Origin: Eledone cirrhosa
Lineage: Eukaryota
Reading direction: 5' to 3'
DNA length: 64,000 bases
Assembly (NCBI GenBank): GCA_964016885.1
Contig: OZ024757.1
Coordinates: 5,642,001-5,706,000 of the forward strand
This document shows, piece by piece, positions 28,210 to 41,543 of this stretch. Numbering within the stretch: position 1 is the stretch's first letter; the number at the start of each line of letters is the position of its first letter. Under the pieces are notes generated by a model. That model was given only the letters and a program-made list of their open reading frames with translations. It was not told the DNA's origin and made no database searches. The translations under genes and the position numbers were made by a program.

Positions 28210-28990
28210 GGTGATGGGCTCCATCAGGTTTAAAATATGTCCAAGAAATACTGTATGTCACTTAGTGTACCCCTACGACTCCACCAGTGTTTCATTTGTT
28301 TAGGACTATGTCTGGGTTAGCCAGCCAAGTATCAGTAGAAGGGAAAACAGGGCCCTGACCCCCTCAGAAAAATGGCCTTGCTCAGTGTGCTAGAAAGGTG
28401 TAGGTAGAAATTCCATTCTCTGTCCAAAATACAAACAATGGGTACACAACAGATGTAGTGGGATCTCAAGTAGGTTAGCTAAGAAAATAGGTTTCACATG
28501 AGGCCATTGCACAGGAGCAGTAAGCAGCAAACATTCACAGGAAGCAACGATTGACTTTCGTCAAATTGGACCGAGGAAACAATGTTTCCATTGGTCTTTC
28601 CAATTGCTAATACTATTTATTAGTCACAATTCCAGGTAGAAGGAGCAATGTGAAATAAAATGTCTTGCTCAAGGACATAACGCATCACCTGGATGGTTAA
28701 TCGAACTCACAATCTCACAATTGCGAATCCAATTCTCTAACCACTCAGCCACACGCTTTCACAGGAAACAAGCTCTAACAAACTCTTGGATGGTTACTTA
28801 GAAGAGGTAGACAGCTTCTGTTACCTGGGTGATGATATCATCAGTGGAGGTGGGGTGTTCTGAAAGTAGAGCAGCCTGAGTGAACATGGAATGGAAAAGG
28901 TTCCGGAGCTACTACCACTGCAACTTACTAAAGGCTTTTTCCTGAAAACAAAGGGCATGTTGAATAATGTGTGTATACGAACAGTTTCAT
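28210..28990 (+). mobile_element. Decayed RTE fragment with nested SINE S2 (28548-28760, -)
   Basis: KWPCSVC...WVH.RC and VDSFCYLG remnants on either side of the SINE. Confidence 0.7.
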
Positions 28991-29017
28991 ATATATATAT
29001 ATATATATTTATATAAT

Positions 29018-29090
<73 letters not shown>

Positions 29091-29211
29091 TAAGACAATG
29101 TCACTGGACCGAGATCTTTGGTGCTACTCAGTAATACAGTTTATCTTGGAGTAATAAAATTGAAAAAGTGGAGAATAACATGGTCAACAGTACAAAAAAG
29201 GGGATTTATTT

Positions 29212-29323
29212 ACAGTCTAACAATTGTTTCACTGATAGAGTTGTCTAAACATTGCTGAACACTAACAGCAGTGCCACACAATTTTAAATACGATGTTAGC
29301 TCTATCAGATCTTCGGAAACTGT
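29212..29323 (-). ncRNA. Type I hammerhead ribozyme variant (CCGAAGA core) in pLTR
   Basis: acagttt-CCGAAGA-tctgatagag...ctctatcagt-GAAA-caattg-TT-agactgt. Confidence 0.7.
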
Positions 29324-29519
29324 TAAAAATTTATATATATGTAACGGGCAAATTTACAAATTCAAATTACATCATCAATAATTATATTAATAATAAATAT
29401 ATAGAGAGAAAAGGAGGAAGAAAGGGAGATAGATACAGTAAAGAAAGAAAGGAAAGGAAGGAAAAAGAAAAAGGAGAAATTATTATAGATAGAAATATAA
29501 AGAGAAGATATATAGATGA

Positions 29520-30114
29520 CTAGCAGTGGTACCCGGCGTTGCACGGGATAAGGTATTTTGGAATGCGGGCCACCAACAAACCTAATCGTGGAAAAACTGC
29601 ATGCCCGGACAATATGTAAAGAAAATAAAACGAATACTCTGATGGCTGGATAATCTTTAAGATGTTCCTTGATGAAGCAGGAAACTTGCAGGTTTTCATC
29701 TAATGTGGGCCCTGAAACATAAGTAATACACATGTAAAGTTTGAAAAAAATCAGTTGGGTACTTCTTGATTTTAATGGATTCAAACTCACAGACACACAT
29801 ACACAGACATCCTCAGGGAAGTGACGTAATGCAGACAGCCAGACATACAGACATATATTATAAGGGCGCGACGTTATATGTATGTATCTATTTAAAAAGA
29901 GAAAGACTAAGAATTATAGAGAGAGAACGCTAAATCGCTTAATGCGGTCCCTAGGACATTGAAAATTTGAAATTGTTTTTGCTCAGAACACTCCCTGAAA
30001 CATAAGTATTACATGTATAAAGTTTGAAAACAGTCGGTTTGGTGGTTCTCGAGTTTTAGGGATTCGAACTCACCCACACACAGACAGACATACTCAGTTT
30101 TATATATATATAGA
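29520..30114 (-). mobile_element. Non-autonomous Helitron nested in the PLE 3' UTR
   Basis: 5' TC, 3' hairpin cccgtgcaacgccggg then CTAG, A|T insertion site. Confidence 0.85.
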
Positions 30115-30745
30115 TGATGGTAGATAGAGGAGAGACAAACATAAGTAAAAATACCATAGGATAGAAAGAAGAATAGAGGGACAAATAAATGAATAAACGT
30201 TAATACATGAATAAATGTAAATAAAAATAAAAATAGATATATAAAAAATATATGAAAAAATATATTTAAAAAAATAAATACATAAATAAATTATATCTAA
30301 TGTGATATAAAATGGTATAAAATGTGAAAAATGAAGAATAAAAATAAATAAATACGTAAAAGGAGTAAAAAGGTGCAAAGAATATTTAAACATTAAAATT
30401 ATTGAGAATGTTTTTTGAGAATTGTTGAAATATATGGAGAGATAATAAGGTGAAAATATGATAATGTTAAATATATTTATGTGTGTATTGGTTATTTTAA
30501 TAAACAAATTAATTAGTTTTAAGTTATATTATATGATAAAATAAAATGACAGAGATGAAATAAATTTAGGGAGAGAAATATAAAGATAGAGAGTCTAAAA
30601 TAAAGATATATAAAATAAGTGTAAATATAAGAGGTTTTGATGTTGTTCTTTGACAATTATAATTATAATGATGATTATGTTAATAATGTGATATCATAAT
30701 AGATCCAAGTGGTACAATGTGGGTTATGGAATAGAAAAGATGGAA

Positions 30746-32790
30746 TTAAGCTGGTCTAAGATTCTCAAATTTAGTTGCTGTTTTGTGTCGACAAAAAATA
30801 GTGTTTTCAATTTTACTGTTAAGAAGAATTTTGTTGTAATTTAAAATTTGGAAAAGTTCCATATTACAGAGACCAAGTGGGACATACCAATTTGATAAGC
30901 CTTTGAGTTTGATAGCTTTGTCCAGCTGATTTTATATTCCATGTTTGCATCTTTGGGTTGCCAGATTTTATTGGTGAGAGTTGTTGTATTTGAGATATTC
31001 CTGTTAGTCATAGAGTGTCTATGTACGTACCACCTTTTCTAAAACTCCCCAGCTGTGGACCCAATGTAATGCCATGCTAAGCTACCTGAATTTATAGTAC
31101 ATAGGTATACTATATTTGTCTCTAGGCATCTATTTTGTAAAGGGCATTTGTCAGGTAGATGGCAGTTACATTTAGATGCTTTTCTATGTCCCGGTTCTTC
31201 TATATGGTTTTGTAGGTTGCTATGTATGGGCTGAGAATTGGGTTTGTTGATGTATTGTGGTGATATGCTCTAACGTGTGTTTGGTTGTGATGATGTTATA
31301 TGCTTATGTTTTGTATTAGGTGTTGTGGTACTTATTTGCGGGCCACTTGTATTATAAATTCTTTTATAGTTAATTTTATGTATGTGCGATAAAATGTTGT
31401 TGGCAGTGGAGTATGATAGTTTGATAGTTTTTCTATTAAAGATTTTATGATATTTATGAATTTTAGGGAAATGTTTGTCAACTAATTTGAACAAAGCGTA
31501 AGGTAGCTTAGTTTTTATAGAGGAGTTAAACATTGGATTGAACCATAAGTAGTTTCTATTTCTGCATCTTCTATAGTTATTAGTGCTCTCTGTATTAGTA
31601 TTCTGTTCTTTTAATTTACGTGCTTGTTGCCAATTTTTATGCTTAGTCCTAGGTTTGTTGTTTCTATAGGTGTGGATGGTGCTATTAATATTAAGTGTGT
31701 TATTTTTTTGTATCTAGTATGTATTTGAGTATCTCTTTATGGCCTACCTTAAGTAAAGCTATGTTGTAGTAGTTAGCGTGTCCATTAAACATTTCTATGT
31801 TAAAAGATAGGTGTGAGATTCTAAGGGATATACTATGTGCTATGGAGTTAATTATGGATTGAGGGTGATTATAGCTATAATCAATGTAAGCTAAATTTTC
31901 ATTATTTTTATGGAAGGGTTCTATTAGTCCTGAGTTAAGGTTGAGCAATACATCTAAGAAGTTAGCTTTTTTAGAGTTGGGTTCAAAAGTGATGTTAAGG
32001 CCTAAATTATTAAAGAATTTTCTAATCTTTTTCCTTAATCTTTCTTAGTTTTGATTATTTAAGTTTTTAGCTTAAAAGTAGTGTATCGTCTCTATAGATT
32101 CCTCCTTGTAGGTTATCAAATTCCCTATGTAAGAAATGTGCTATATAAATTCCAACAATGTCTGTAATTTGGGCTGAATCATTTGATCCCATAGTTATAT
32201 CAAAGTGATTCTGTCTATTTTTTCGTTCCCAGTAATTATTGTCGAATTTAATGATTGTTCTTCTAGCAGCTAGTATTATTTTAATTTCATCTGGTGAATG
32301 GTCAGAGTTTTTTTGTGCAAAGGATAGTGCCTTATTTAGGGTAACTGAGGAAATAGAAGAGTAGTAGTCATTTAAGTCAAATTGTATAAAGTCGTGAGAT
32401 TCACTCTTGTCTAATTCATTAAACCAATCTACTGCTTCATTTGTGTTACCCCAGAGCTTGATTATTAGTTGTTCTTTAATTTATGGTATTATTCTATCTA
32501 GTATAAACTTGCAAATTCTGCCTATATCTGATTTTGGTGGACATATTAATCTAATAGTAGGGTTAGTTTCGAAGTTACATTTATGATCCTTCAGATTAAA
32601 AGTGGGTTTACAAGAGGTTAGAGGTTCTGTTCTATCGGATATTTTAACTTTTTTTACTATTTTAAGACCTTCTTTGTTAAGGCTTTTGAGTGTAGCCGCT
32701 GTAGTTTTCTTGTGTTTTTTATGTAATTCTCGGCATATAAAATTGTTGTATGTATTAAGGCTCATGGTGTATACATTTGATGTTTTGTCT
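30746..32790 (-). pseudogene. PLE reverse transcriptase + GIY-YIG endonuclease, disrupted
   Basis: LKDHK..RLICPPKSDIGRI, TMGSNDSAQ, GIYRDD, FLDV, WFNP, KCNC..KCPL..RCL..NIVY..YIG..KRWYVH, FCRHK; stops and frameshifts. Confidence 0.9.
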
Positions 32791-32967
32791 ACCTTTACTA
32801 TAATATATACTTCTTCTTTCTCCTTCCTTTCCTTTCTTTCTTTACTGTATCTGTCTCCCTTTCTTCCTCCTTTTCTCTCTATATCTTTATTATTAATATT
32901 ATTATTGATGATGTAATTTGAATTTGTAAATTAAATTTGCCGGTTACATATATATATATTTTTTTAA

Positions 32968-33077
32968 CAGTCTCCGAAGATCTGATAGAGCTAACATTGG
33001 ATTTAAAATTGAGTGGCACTGCTTTTAGAGTTCAGCAATTTTTAGACAACTTTATCAGCGAAACAATTGTTAGACTG
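32968..33077 (+). ncRNA. Type I hammerhead ribozyme variant (second pLTR copy)
   Basis: cagtct-CCGAAGA-tctgatagag...ctttatcagc-GAAA-caattg-TT-agactg. Confidence 0.7.
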
Positions 33078-33353
33078 CAAATAAATCCCCTTTTTTGTAC
33101 TGTTGACCATGTTTTTCTCCACTTTTTCAATTTTAAATATAATATATATATATAACCGGACGGTTGTTCATATATTGTCAAAGTTCTTTCGTCACACATT
33201 CTGTGACACAAAACACACAAAAACAAGATGGCATAGGACAGAACAAAGGAGAGGCACAAAACAAAGAAAAGTATCCTCAGTCACTGAAGAGGTCACAGTA
33301 TATATATATTAATTCAAAATATTAACAAAAATAGACCTTCGTGTGATCAAGTA

Positions 33354-33420
33354 TATTTTATTATACATATTTCAGAGGTACTGAGCTAACTTCAACAGTA
33401 TGTCCTCATCAGATAAAATA
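33354..33420 (-). ncRNA. Minimal type I hammerhead ribozyme
   Basis: tattttat-CTGATGA-gga..tactg...cagta..tct-GAAA-tatgta-TA-ataaaata. Confidence 0.75.
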
Positions 33421-34817
33421 AGATTCAGTCATGGTAGTGAATAAAATATGACAAAACTCAATATTTATATACCTTAAGATTGAGACATGAAAAAACTTAC
33501 ATATAATACAGAGGGTGCGTTTGAGAAAGCTTAAAAATAGATAATAGCAATTTACATAACTGTTAGAGATTCAAATAATTTAAATTATTGAAGAAAGACA
33601 GAGAGAAATAGATGAGGGGAGAATATAGTTACTAGAAGTATAGAAAGCAAAAGAGAATTGATGAAGGATAGAGAGACAAGGAGGAATAATTTTTATAGTA
33701 TAAAGCATAGGGAGGGAGGTTTGTATTGTCTTGGATGAATAGGGTGTGATTAGATAATGCAAACATTTTATATATCTATACAAACACATGATTATACATT
33801 TGGGCATAGCTTTGTGAAAGAGTAAACTTTAATCTTTGAATTATTGAATTATCTAGAAGTATCTATCAATCTAAATATTAAATATATCTGGGTGTAATTA
33901 TATGAGGGTTTAACTTCGTGTCCTTAGTTAATTAGAAATATACTAACAATTAATTATATAGACTATATATATCCAAAGGTATCCGGCTGACCGTTAAATT
34001 TCAAATCATTTAAGTTAGTTCAGAATGATGAATTAATCAAAATGTATAATATTTCAGGCTATAAAAGTTTATAAATATCTATATTAATATTAAAGTATAC
34101 TATATTAAAGTATACTATTTTATTTATAAAATCCTATTTAAAGTATTTGCAAACATGAGAAAGAAGACTTAATATTTTCATCCTCACGAAGGTAATCCAT
34201 ATTAAATTATATTATTTTATATTATATTAAAAATAATTCACATTATATAATTTAGAAAATAATTACAGTTATAACTTAAAAATTCATATAATTACACCCA
34301 GATATATTTAATATTTAGATTGATGGATACTTCTAGATAATTCAATAATTCAAAGATTCGAATTTACTCTTTCGCAAAGCTATCTATGCCCAAATGTATA
34401 ATCATGTGTTTGTATAGATATATAACATTTTTGCATTATCTAATCACACCCTATTCATCCAAGACAATACAAACCTCCCTCCCTATGCTTTATACTATAA
34501 AAATTATTCCTCCTTGTCTCTCTATCCTTGATCAATTCTCTTTTGCTTTCTATACTTCTAGTAACTATATTCTCCCCTCATCTATTTCTCTCTGTCTTTC
34601 TTCTTTCTTCAATAATTTAAATTATTTGAATCTCTAACAATTATGTAAATTGCTATTATCTATGTTTAAGCTTTCTCACACGCAGCCTCTGTATTATATG
34701 TAAGTTTTTTCATGTCTCAATCTTAAGGTATATAAATATTGAGTTTTATCATATCTTATTCACTACCATGACTGAATCTTAACCATCTACTATGTCAGGG
34801 TATGCCATGCATCATCT

Positions 34818-34884
34818 TATTTTATCTGATGAGGACATACTGTTGAAGTTAGCTCAGTACCTCTGAAATATGTATAATAAAATA
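34818..34884 (+). ncRNA. Minimal type I hammerhead ribozyme
   Basis: Same motif as 33354-33420 on the opposite strand; predicted cleavage after 34876. Confidence 0.75.
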
Positions 34885-35066
34885 TACTTAATCACATGAA
34901 GGTCTATTTTTGTTAATATTTTGAATTAATATTAATAACTCCGGAAAACCCTAACTGTTGAGTGCTTCCAATCTATTGTAAAACTCATTCTTTGATTTAT
35001 TCATTGAACCTTGTTTAACCTTTAAATATATATATATATATACATACAATAATATATATATATATA

Positions 35067-37200
35067 CAATAATATCAGCTTACACACCCCAATTGGGGTT
35101 GCCAGACGAACTTAAGGATAGGTTTTACGAGTACCTAACGCACACTACTGCTCTAACAAATGACAATGATTTCCTAATCATCGCATGAGATTTTAACAGA
35201 CACGTAGGTAAACACTGTGATGGCTTCAATAGAGTCCATGGAGGCCACGGGGTTGGCACAAGAAATGAGGAAGGATTCAGACTTCTAGAATTCTGCGACG
35301 CCAATGACATGTCGATATGTAACACAAACTTCAAAAAACCTGACAACCACCTGATCACCTATAGATCAGGGGAGCACTCTAGTCAGATAGATTCTATCCT
35401 CATCAGAGGACGTGGCAGATGAACGGTTGTAAACACAAAAGCCTTCCCTAGTGAGGAATGTACCTCCCAATTTAGCTTAGTTGTCAGCGACCTCACAGTC
35501 AGAACTAGATGAACCTGGAAACAGAGGCCAACCTGGAGAAGAAAGATCTGAAAGCTGAAAGACCCCTAGGCCAGTAACAGATTTAAAGATATTTTACTCA
35601 ATGCCTACGACAGTAAAGAAGAACAGATACAGACATTCAATGTAGAAGAGCACTGGGAGTTTCTAAAAAATAACTTACTAGAGGTGACGGATGAGGTTTG
35701 TGGCTGGAGTAAGACCACAAGCAGGAGGAGAGTGACTTGGTGGTGGAACAATAAGGTAGATGAGGCAGTTAAGGCCAAGAGACAGGCATGGAAAGAATGG
35801 AAAAACGGGGGAAGCAGGGTACATTACATAGAGACCAGGAGGGAAGCTAGGCGACAAGTATACTTAGCTAGCAGGGAAGCAGAGGATAGGAAAATTCAAG
35901 CATGTTTTGCAATGTGAGGACCAGAAACAGGAGGTATTCAAGATTGCGAGGCAGTGTGTCAGAGATAGTTGTGATGTCATTGGAGAGAAGTGTATCTGGA
36001 TTGATAAAGGTGAGCTTGCCCTCACAAGTGCTGAGAAGAGAGATGCATGGAAGAGCCATTATGATAGATTACTAAATGAGGAGAATGCATGGGAAGAAGA
36101 GACCCTACCCCAAGTAGACCCTATAGAGGGACCAGCAGTACAAGTCAGCAGCAGCGTAGTAAGTAAGGCAATCAAAGATATGAAGATGGGGAAGGCAACC
36201 GGTCCATCGGCTATAGCTGCCGAGATGCTGAAGGCATCTGGGTCTGTAGTTCACACTATAACCACACGTATCGTTAACCAGGTAATACTAGAAGGTGTCA
36301 TACCAAAAGATTGGTGCAGTAGCATCATTGTCAACTGCTACAAAGGTAAAGGTGATGCACTAGATAGAGGAAACTATAGAGGTATAAAGCTGATGGACCA
36401 GGTCATGAAAGTAACAGAAAGAGTTATAGCACAGTTGATTAGGAACCTCAAAATGAAAGGCAGACTGTATGTTGCGTGTATCCGAACAGCAATGTTACAT
36501 GGTAGTGAGACCTGGGCACTGAAGGTGGAAGACTTACGTAGATTAGAAAGAAACGAAGCCTGCATGCTCCGATGGATGTGTAATAGTAATATATGCGAAC
36601 GGCAAAGCATAAATGAATTGAGAGAGAGACTGAGCATAAGAGGAATCAAATGATGTGTGCAGGGGAGGCGGTTGCGTTGGTATGGACATGTGATGCGTAT
36701 GAAGGATGACAGATGCATAAAAAGGTGCAGAGCACTAGAAGTCAATGGAAACCGCGGAGTGGGGAGACCCAAGAAGACCTGGGATGAGGTGATAAAAGCC
36801 GACCTTACCCAATTACACCTCTCAAAGGTGATGACACGACCGTGACCTCTGGCGTCACGCAGCAATACAGAGTACCCGTCCTCCCATGGGTACAAGCTGA
36901 AGCATATAGACAATATGCCCCCACACCCACCCACTGCAAAGTGGTCGTGGAGGTGCCATGGCAAAAAAGCACTCAGCCCACACTGTAAAGTGGACGTGTA
37001 GGCGCCAGGGAAAAAAGCACCCAACACTCGCTGTAAATGAGGTTGGTGTTAGGAAGGGCATCCAGCTGTAGAAATCAAGCCAAAATCAGTTCCTGTATGA
37101 GCAAGGCATGGTCAGCTGACCAGACACTGCAGGTTGTCCACAACAGGACAACCCGTCTAACCCATGCTAGCATGGAAGAACGGACGTAAAACGCTGATGA
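35067..37200 (+). mobile_element. RTE family A copy, 5'-truncated, with ~0.9-kb internal RT deletion
   Basis: Colinear with 20655-23680 except a jump at ~36445 (equivalent to ~22032 joined to ~22936); many stops. Confidence 0.92.
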
Positions 37201-37583
37201 AGATATATATTTGGTTTGCAAGGTTTTTGATATGAAATCGTGTCAAAACAAATATTGTTATACTTGGGGAGGGTCATATTGTTGTAATAATATTGCCAGA
37301 ATTAATAACAGAACACACTGTTTGGTTGGTTTTCGCTTCTGTATCTTTTATATCAGTTAATTTATTCAGTCCTGAAAGAATCGCTGCTTTCACCCTTCTT
37401 CAGAAGATCCCGTTAAGGGTGAAAGCAGCGATTCTTTGCTTAAACTTTAATCTGTTATTTTAATAAATATTTGCTCTACGGTTCTTATATATTTGATATA
37501 TATTTATCCTTATCGAGCCTTCTTTGGATTTTAGTCTTCAAATTTATTATTTATTATTACTATATAAATATATATATATAAAT

Positions 37584-37618
<35 letters not shown>

Positions 37619-37624
37619 CATATA

Positions 37625-39248
37625 TAAGGTAAAGGGGATGCTCTGGAGAGGAACAATTATAGGGGCATAAAGCTGATGGATCAGGTTATGAAAGTGGCAG
37701 AGAGAATATTAGCGCAGCTGATTAGAGAAAGGGTCAGACCAGATGAGATGCAGTTTGGTTTTGTGCCTCGGAAAAGTACAACAGATGCCCTCTTCTTAGT
37801 GAGGCAACTATAAGAGAGGTTCTTAGAGAAGAATAAGCCACTATACTTAGCTTTTGTTGACCTAGGGAAGGCCTTTGATAGGGTAACCCAATCTGTCATC
37901 TGATGGTCCTATGGAAACTAGGTGTAGATGAATAGCTTGTGAGGACAGTGCAAGCTATGTACAGGGGTGCTGTCAGTAAAGTGAGAATAGGAATGGAGTT
38001 TAGTGAGGAATTCCAGATACAAGCAGGTGTACATCAAGGTTCGGTCCTCAGCCCTCTCTTGTTTATTATAGTACTCCAAGCCATAACAGAAGAGTTTAAG
38101 ACTGGATGCCCATGGGAACTTCTCTATGCTGATGATCTGGTTCTTATAGCAGAATCAGTTGAGGAGCTAGAGAATAAATTCTGGCTATGGAAACAGCAGT
38201 TGGAATCAAGAGGCCTGAGAGTGAACATAGCTTAAACAAAAGTGTTGATCAGTAGAAAAGAGGAGAATACTCTGATTCCATCAGGGAAATGGCCATGTTC
38301 GATATGTGGGAAAGGAACTGGCATAAATTCCATAAAATGTACGCAATGCAGATCTTGGGTAAACAAGAGATATAGTGGGATAGCAGGCAGACCATCAGGT
38401 AGGGAAAACTAAGTATGCAGTAGATGTACAGGGAAAGTTGGAAGTAGTAATCGCAGTGATAGACACATTTTTCAAATGCAGGTAGTTTCTATAAAAGTGG
38501 TTGATAGCTTCCGGTACCAAGGTGATCAGATTAGCATCAGAGGGGGGTATTCCGAGGCCATAGTATCTAGAATAAGGAAGGGTTGGAAGAAGTTTAGGGA
38601 GCTGCTTCCTCTGTAGACAAAGAAGGGTTTCTCCCTGCATACGAAAGGACAGTTTTATGATGCCTGTGTGAAATGAGCGATGCTGCATGGTAGTAAGACA
38701 TGGGCAGCAACTGCAAAGGATATGCGACAGTTGGAGAGAAATTAAGCAAGCATGCTCCATTGGATGTGCAATGTCAACATATGTGAACGACCAAGCATAG
38801 ACGAGTTGAGAAGGAAACTAGGTATAAGAGGGATAAGTTGTGGTGTGCAGGAGAGAAGACTGAGATGGTATGGACATGTGATGTGCATGGAGGATTACTG
38901 CTGGGTAAAGAAGTGCCAAGAAATACCAGTTGAAGGTAGACACAGTAGAGGAAGACCACGACAAACATGGGCGGAGGTGGGGAGAGCAGACCTCAGATCA
39001 CTGAAACTCACCGAGGAGATGACGGAGGACCGTGACAAGTGGAGAGATACTGTGCTGAGTAAGACCCGTCCCACCCTTGCAAGCTGATCCGTCAGTTATA
39101 TACCCCTATAATTGCTCCTCTCCAGAGTATCCCCTTTACCTTTGTAGCAATTTATGTGACTACTGTCACATAAAGTGGAGAGATGCTGAATAGGACTTAT
39201 CCCATCCTTGCAAGCAGGGAAATGCGGCCGTAAAATGATGATGATGAT
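37625..39248 (+). mobile_element. RTE family B copy, decayed, with inverted fragment (39086-39157) and second 3' end
   Basis: Similarity to 6321-8643; YADD retained; stops. Confidence 0.88.
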
Positions 39249-39418
39249 ATATATATATATACTAGTATTCAAATGTTTAGGGAGAGACCGATAACATTGT
39301 TAGAACTCATTGCAGCCTTGAAGAGATGGTTTCCACAAGATTGGATGGTGAAAGTTATAGTTTTTGTAGTAGGATCTTATCACATAAGGTTCCTTCAAAG
39401 ATTCCTCTAGAGTTACAG

Positions 39419-39735
39419 AGTCATTTATATATATGTGTGTGTTTTGAACAATGAAAGTAAAACTAGAGACAAAGATATGTTCTTGATTAGTTCACTGTTT
39501 TACGATCATTTCAGAGGTTTGATTGATCATGGTAGATTGATATATTGACAAACAGGTAGTTGTTACGTCACTAACTATTTCTAGTCTCAAAATCCCTGAT
39601 CAATCACACCATATCAATATATTGATTTACCATGATCAATCAACCCTCTGAAACGATAGTAAAACAATGAACCATATCTCAGACTTTTGTTTTATTTTCA
39701 ATGTTCAATACCCACAAACACACATATATAATTGA
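39419..39735. mobile_element. Imperfect foldback / MITE-like element
   Basis: Arms 39419-39548 and 39614-39735 are reverse complements; part of the right arm recurs at 40343-40410. Confidence 0.55.
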
Positions 39736-39749
39736 CAATTTCTTTGGAA

Positions 39750-41175
39750 TACTTGATGAGATTTGGGGCTGGAACAAAGTATCAGCCAGACAGGGGTGAC
39801 CTAGTGGTGAAACAGCACAGTAGATAGAGCTATTAACCCTGTAGCATTTACAATACTCTATATTTACTATTATATTTTCATGGTAAAGTCTTTATCTCAC
39901 ATAATATTGAATCTATGAGACTTTGATATTACTTATTTTGAGGACAATACATTAACATCAATATGAGCAGCGAGTTACAGCCGGTTTGAACAGGAGGTGA
40001 GAGAATTCTGGCTGGATACGGCCAGTTTAAATGATAAAGGGTTAAAGATAAGTGACAGGCATGGAAAGACTAGAAAAATAAGGGTATCAGACCAGGACCA
40101 GGTAGCTAAGAGAGAAGCTAGAAGACAGGTATACATAACACAGAGAGAGGCTGAAAAAAGAAAGTTTGCCAATGTCTTGAGACGTGAGAATCAGAGGTGT
40201 GAAGTGTTCCACATTGCAAGACAGGGAAAGGTGTGTTAGAATGACACTGGTACACTTAGCACCACTGATGCTCAAAAGAAAGAGGCCTGGAAATGTTACT
40301 ATGAGAGATTGATGAATGTAGAGAATGAATTAAGAAGCAATCTTAGACTTTTGTTTTATGTTCATTGTTCAACAAACATACACATATAATTGACATTCTC
40401 TTTGGAATTACTGATGAAACTTGTTAGTGACACAGCTACAAGAGAGGTTCCTAGCCAAGATTAAACTGCAATATTTAGCTTTTATAGATCTAGAAAAGGC
40501 CTTTGGCAGAGTACCTCACTCTGTTATCTGGTGGTCCTTCAGAAAATTAGGTGGAGAATGGCTTGTGAGAGCAGTGCATGCCATGTACTAAGGAGGTGTC
40601 AGTAAAGTGAGAGTAGGAAGGGAGTTTAGTGAGGAATTCAATGTACAGGTAGGTGTTCATCATGGTTCAGTTCACAACACACGTCCACTGTTGGCAAATG
40701 TTTCTCCCTACGTACAAAATGTTGGCTGTACAATACCTGTGTGTAAAGTGCAATACTGCATGGAAGTGAAACATGGGCAGTAACTGCAGAAGACATGCAT
40801 AAGCTGGAGAGAAATGGAGCAACGATGCTTCGTTGGGTGTGCGACGTAAAGGTGAGAGGAAGGCCGAGCTTGGATAAAATGAGGAAGAAATTGAGCTTCA
40901 GAGGAAACCGAAGTGGTGTGCAAAGAGAAGACTGCTTTGGTAGGGATGTGTGATATGCATGGATGGTGATCACTGGTTAAAGAAGTGCCATGGAATACCA
41001 GAGGAGGGAAGCCGTACTAGAGGTAGACCAGGGTAGATGTGGTGAGAGCTGATCTCAAATTGCTGAGATTCACAAAGGAGATAACGAAGGAGCAAGCGAG
41101 TGGGAGATGCTGTGCTTAAAAGAACCCATCCAACCCATTCCAGGATTGAAAAACGGACGTAAAATTATGATGATG
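39750..41175 (+). mobile_element. Old fragmented RTE LINE
   Basis: AKREARRQVY, DLEKAF, ILHGSETW remnants and gat tail. Confidence 0.75.
39837..40041. mobile_element. piggyBac-type MITE inserted in the RTE fragment
   Basis: TTAA on both sides; ends ccctgtagcattta / taaatgataaaggg. Confidence 0.8.
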
Positions 41176-41543
41176 TAGATGAAGTAAATTATATCAAAAC
41201 AGATTTAGAATAAAACGAACAAAACTTCCCTGAAACAACAACAAGGTACAGCTATATATAAACTATATTTTATAATGTAAGGTAGTGAACGACATAATTA
41301 AATAGACGGAGATAATTTAAATAATAAAGATATCTTTAATTTACTTAAAGCAATAACAAGGTACAGCTAAATATAAACTATATTTTATAATGTAAGGTAG
41401 TGAACAAGATAAGCAAATAGACGGAGGTAATTTAAATAATAAAGACAGTCATGATAACAATATATTTTATATCACATGTAACAGTGGAATCTGGTTAATT
41501 ACTCGATCATTGTAAGGTTCAGATAATTATATTATTTACACAC

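Larger units (their letters stand above)
29140..33135 (-). mobile_element. Penelope-like retroelement (Naiad-like), 5'-truncated, with inverted pLTR copy
   Basis: Decayed RT + GIY-YIG; inverted repeat 29157-29470 / 32812-33134. Confidence 0.88.
33305..35025 (+). mobile_element. Second PLE remnant: ~600-bp inverted pLTR arms (33305-33905 / 34284-34931)
   Basis: Long inverted repeat with a hammerhead in each arm and a ~90-bp extension after the right arm; no clear ORF. Confidence 0.7.

Noticed and set aside
30746-31200. Selenoprotein-type Naiad endonuclease
   Set aside because: Readable Cys codons are TGT/TGC; the in-frame stop is TAG at a Lys position, consistent with decay
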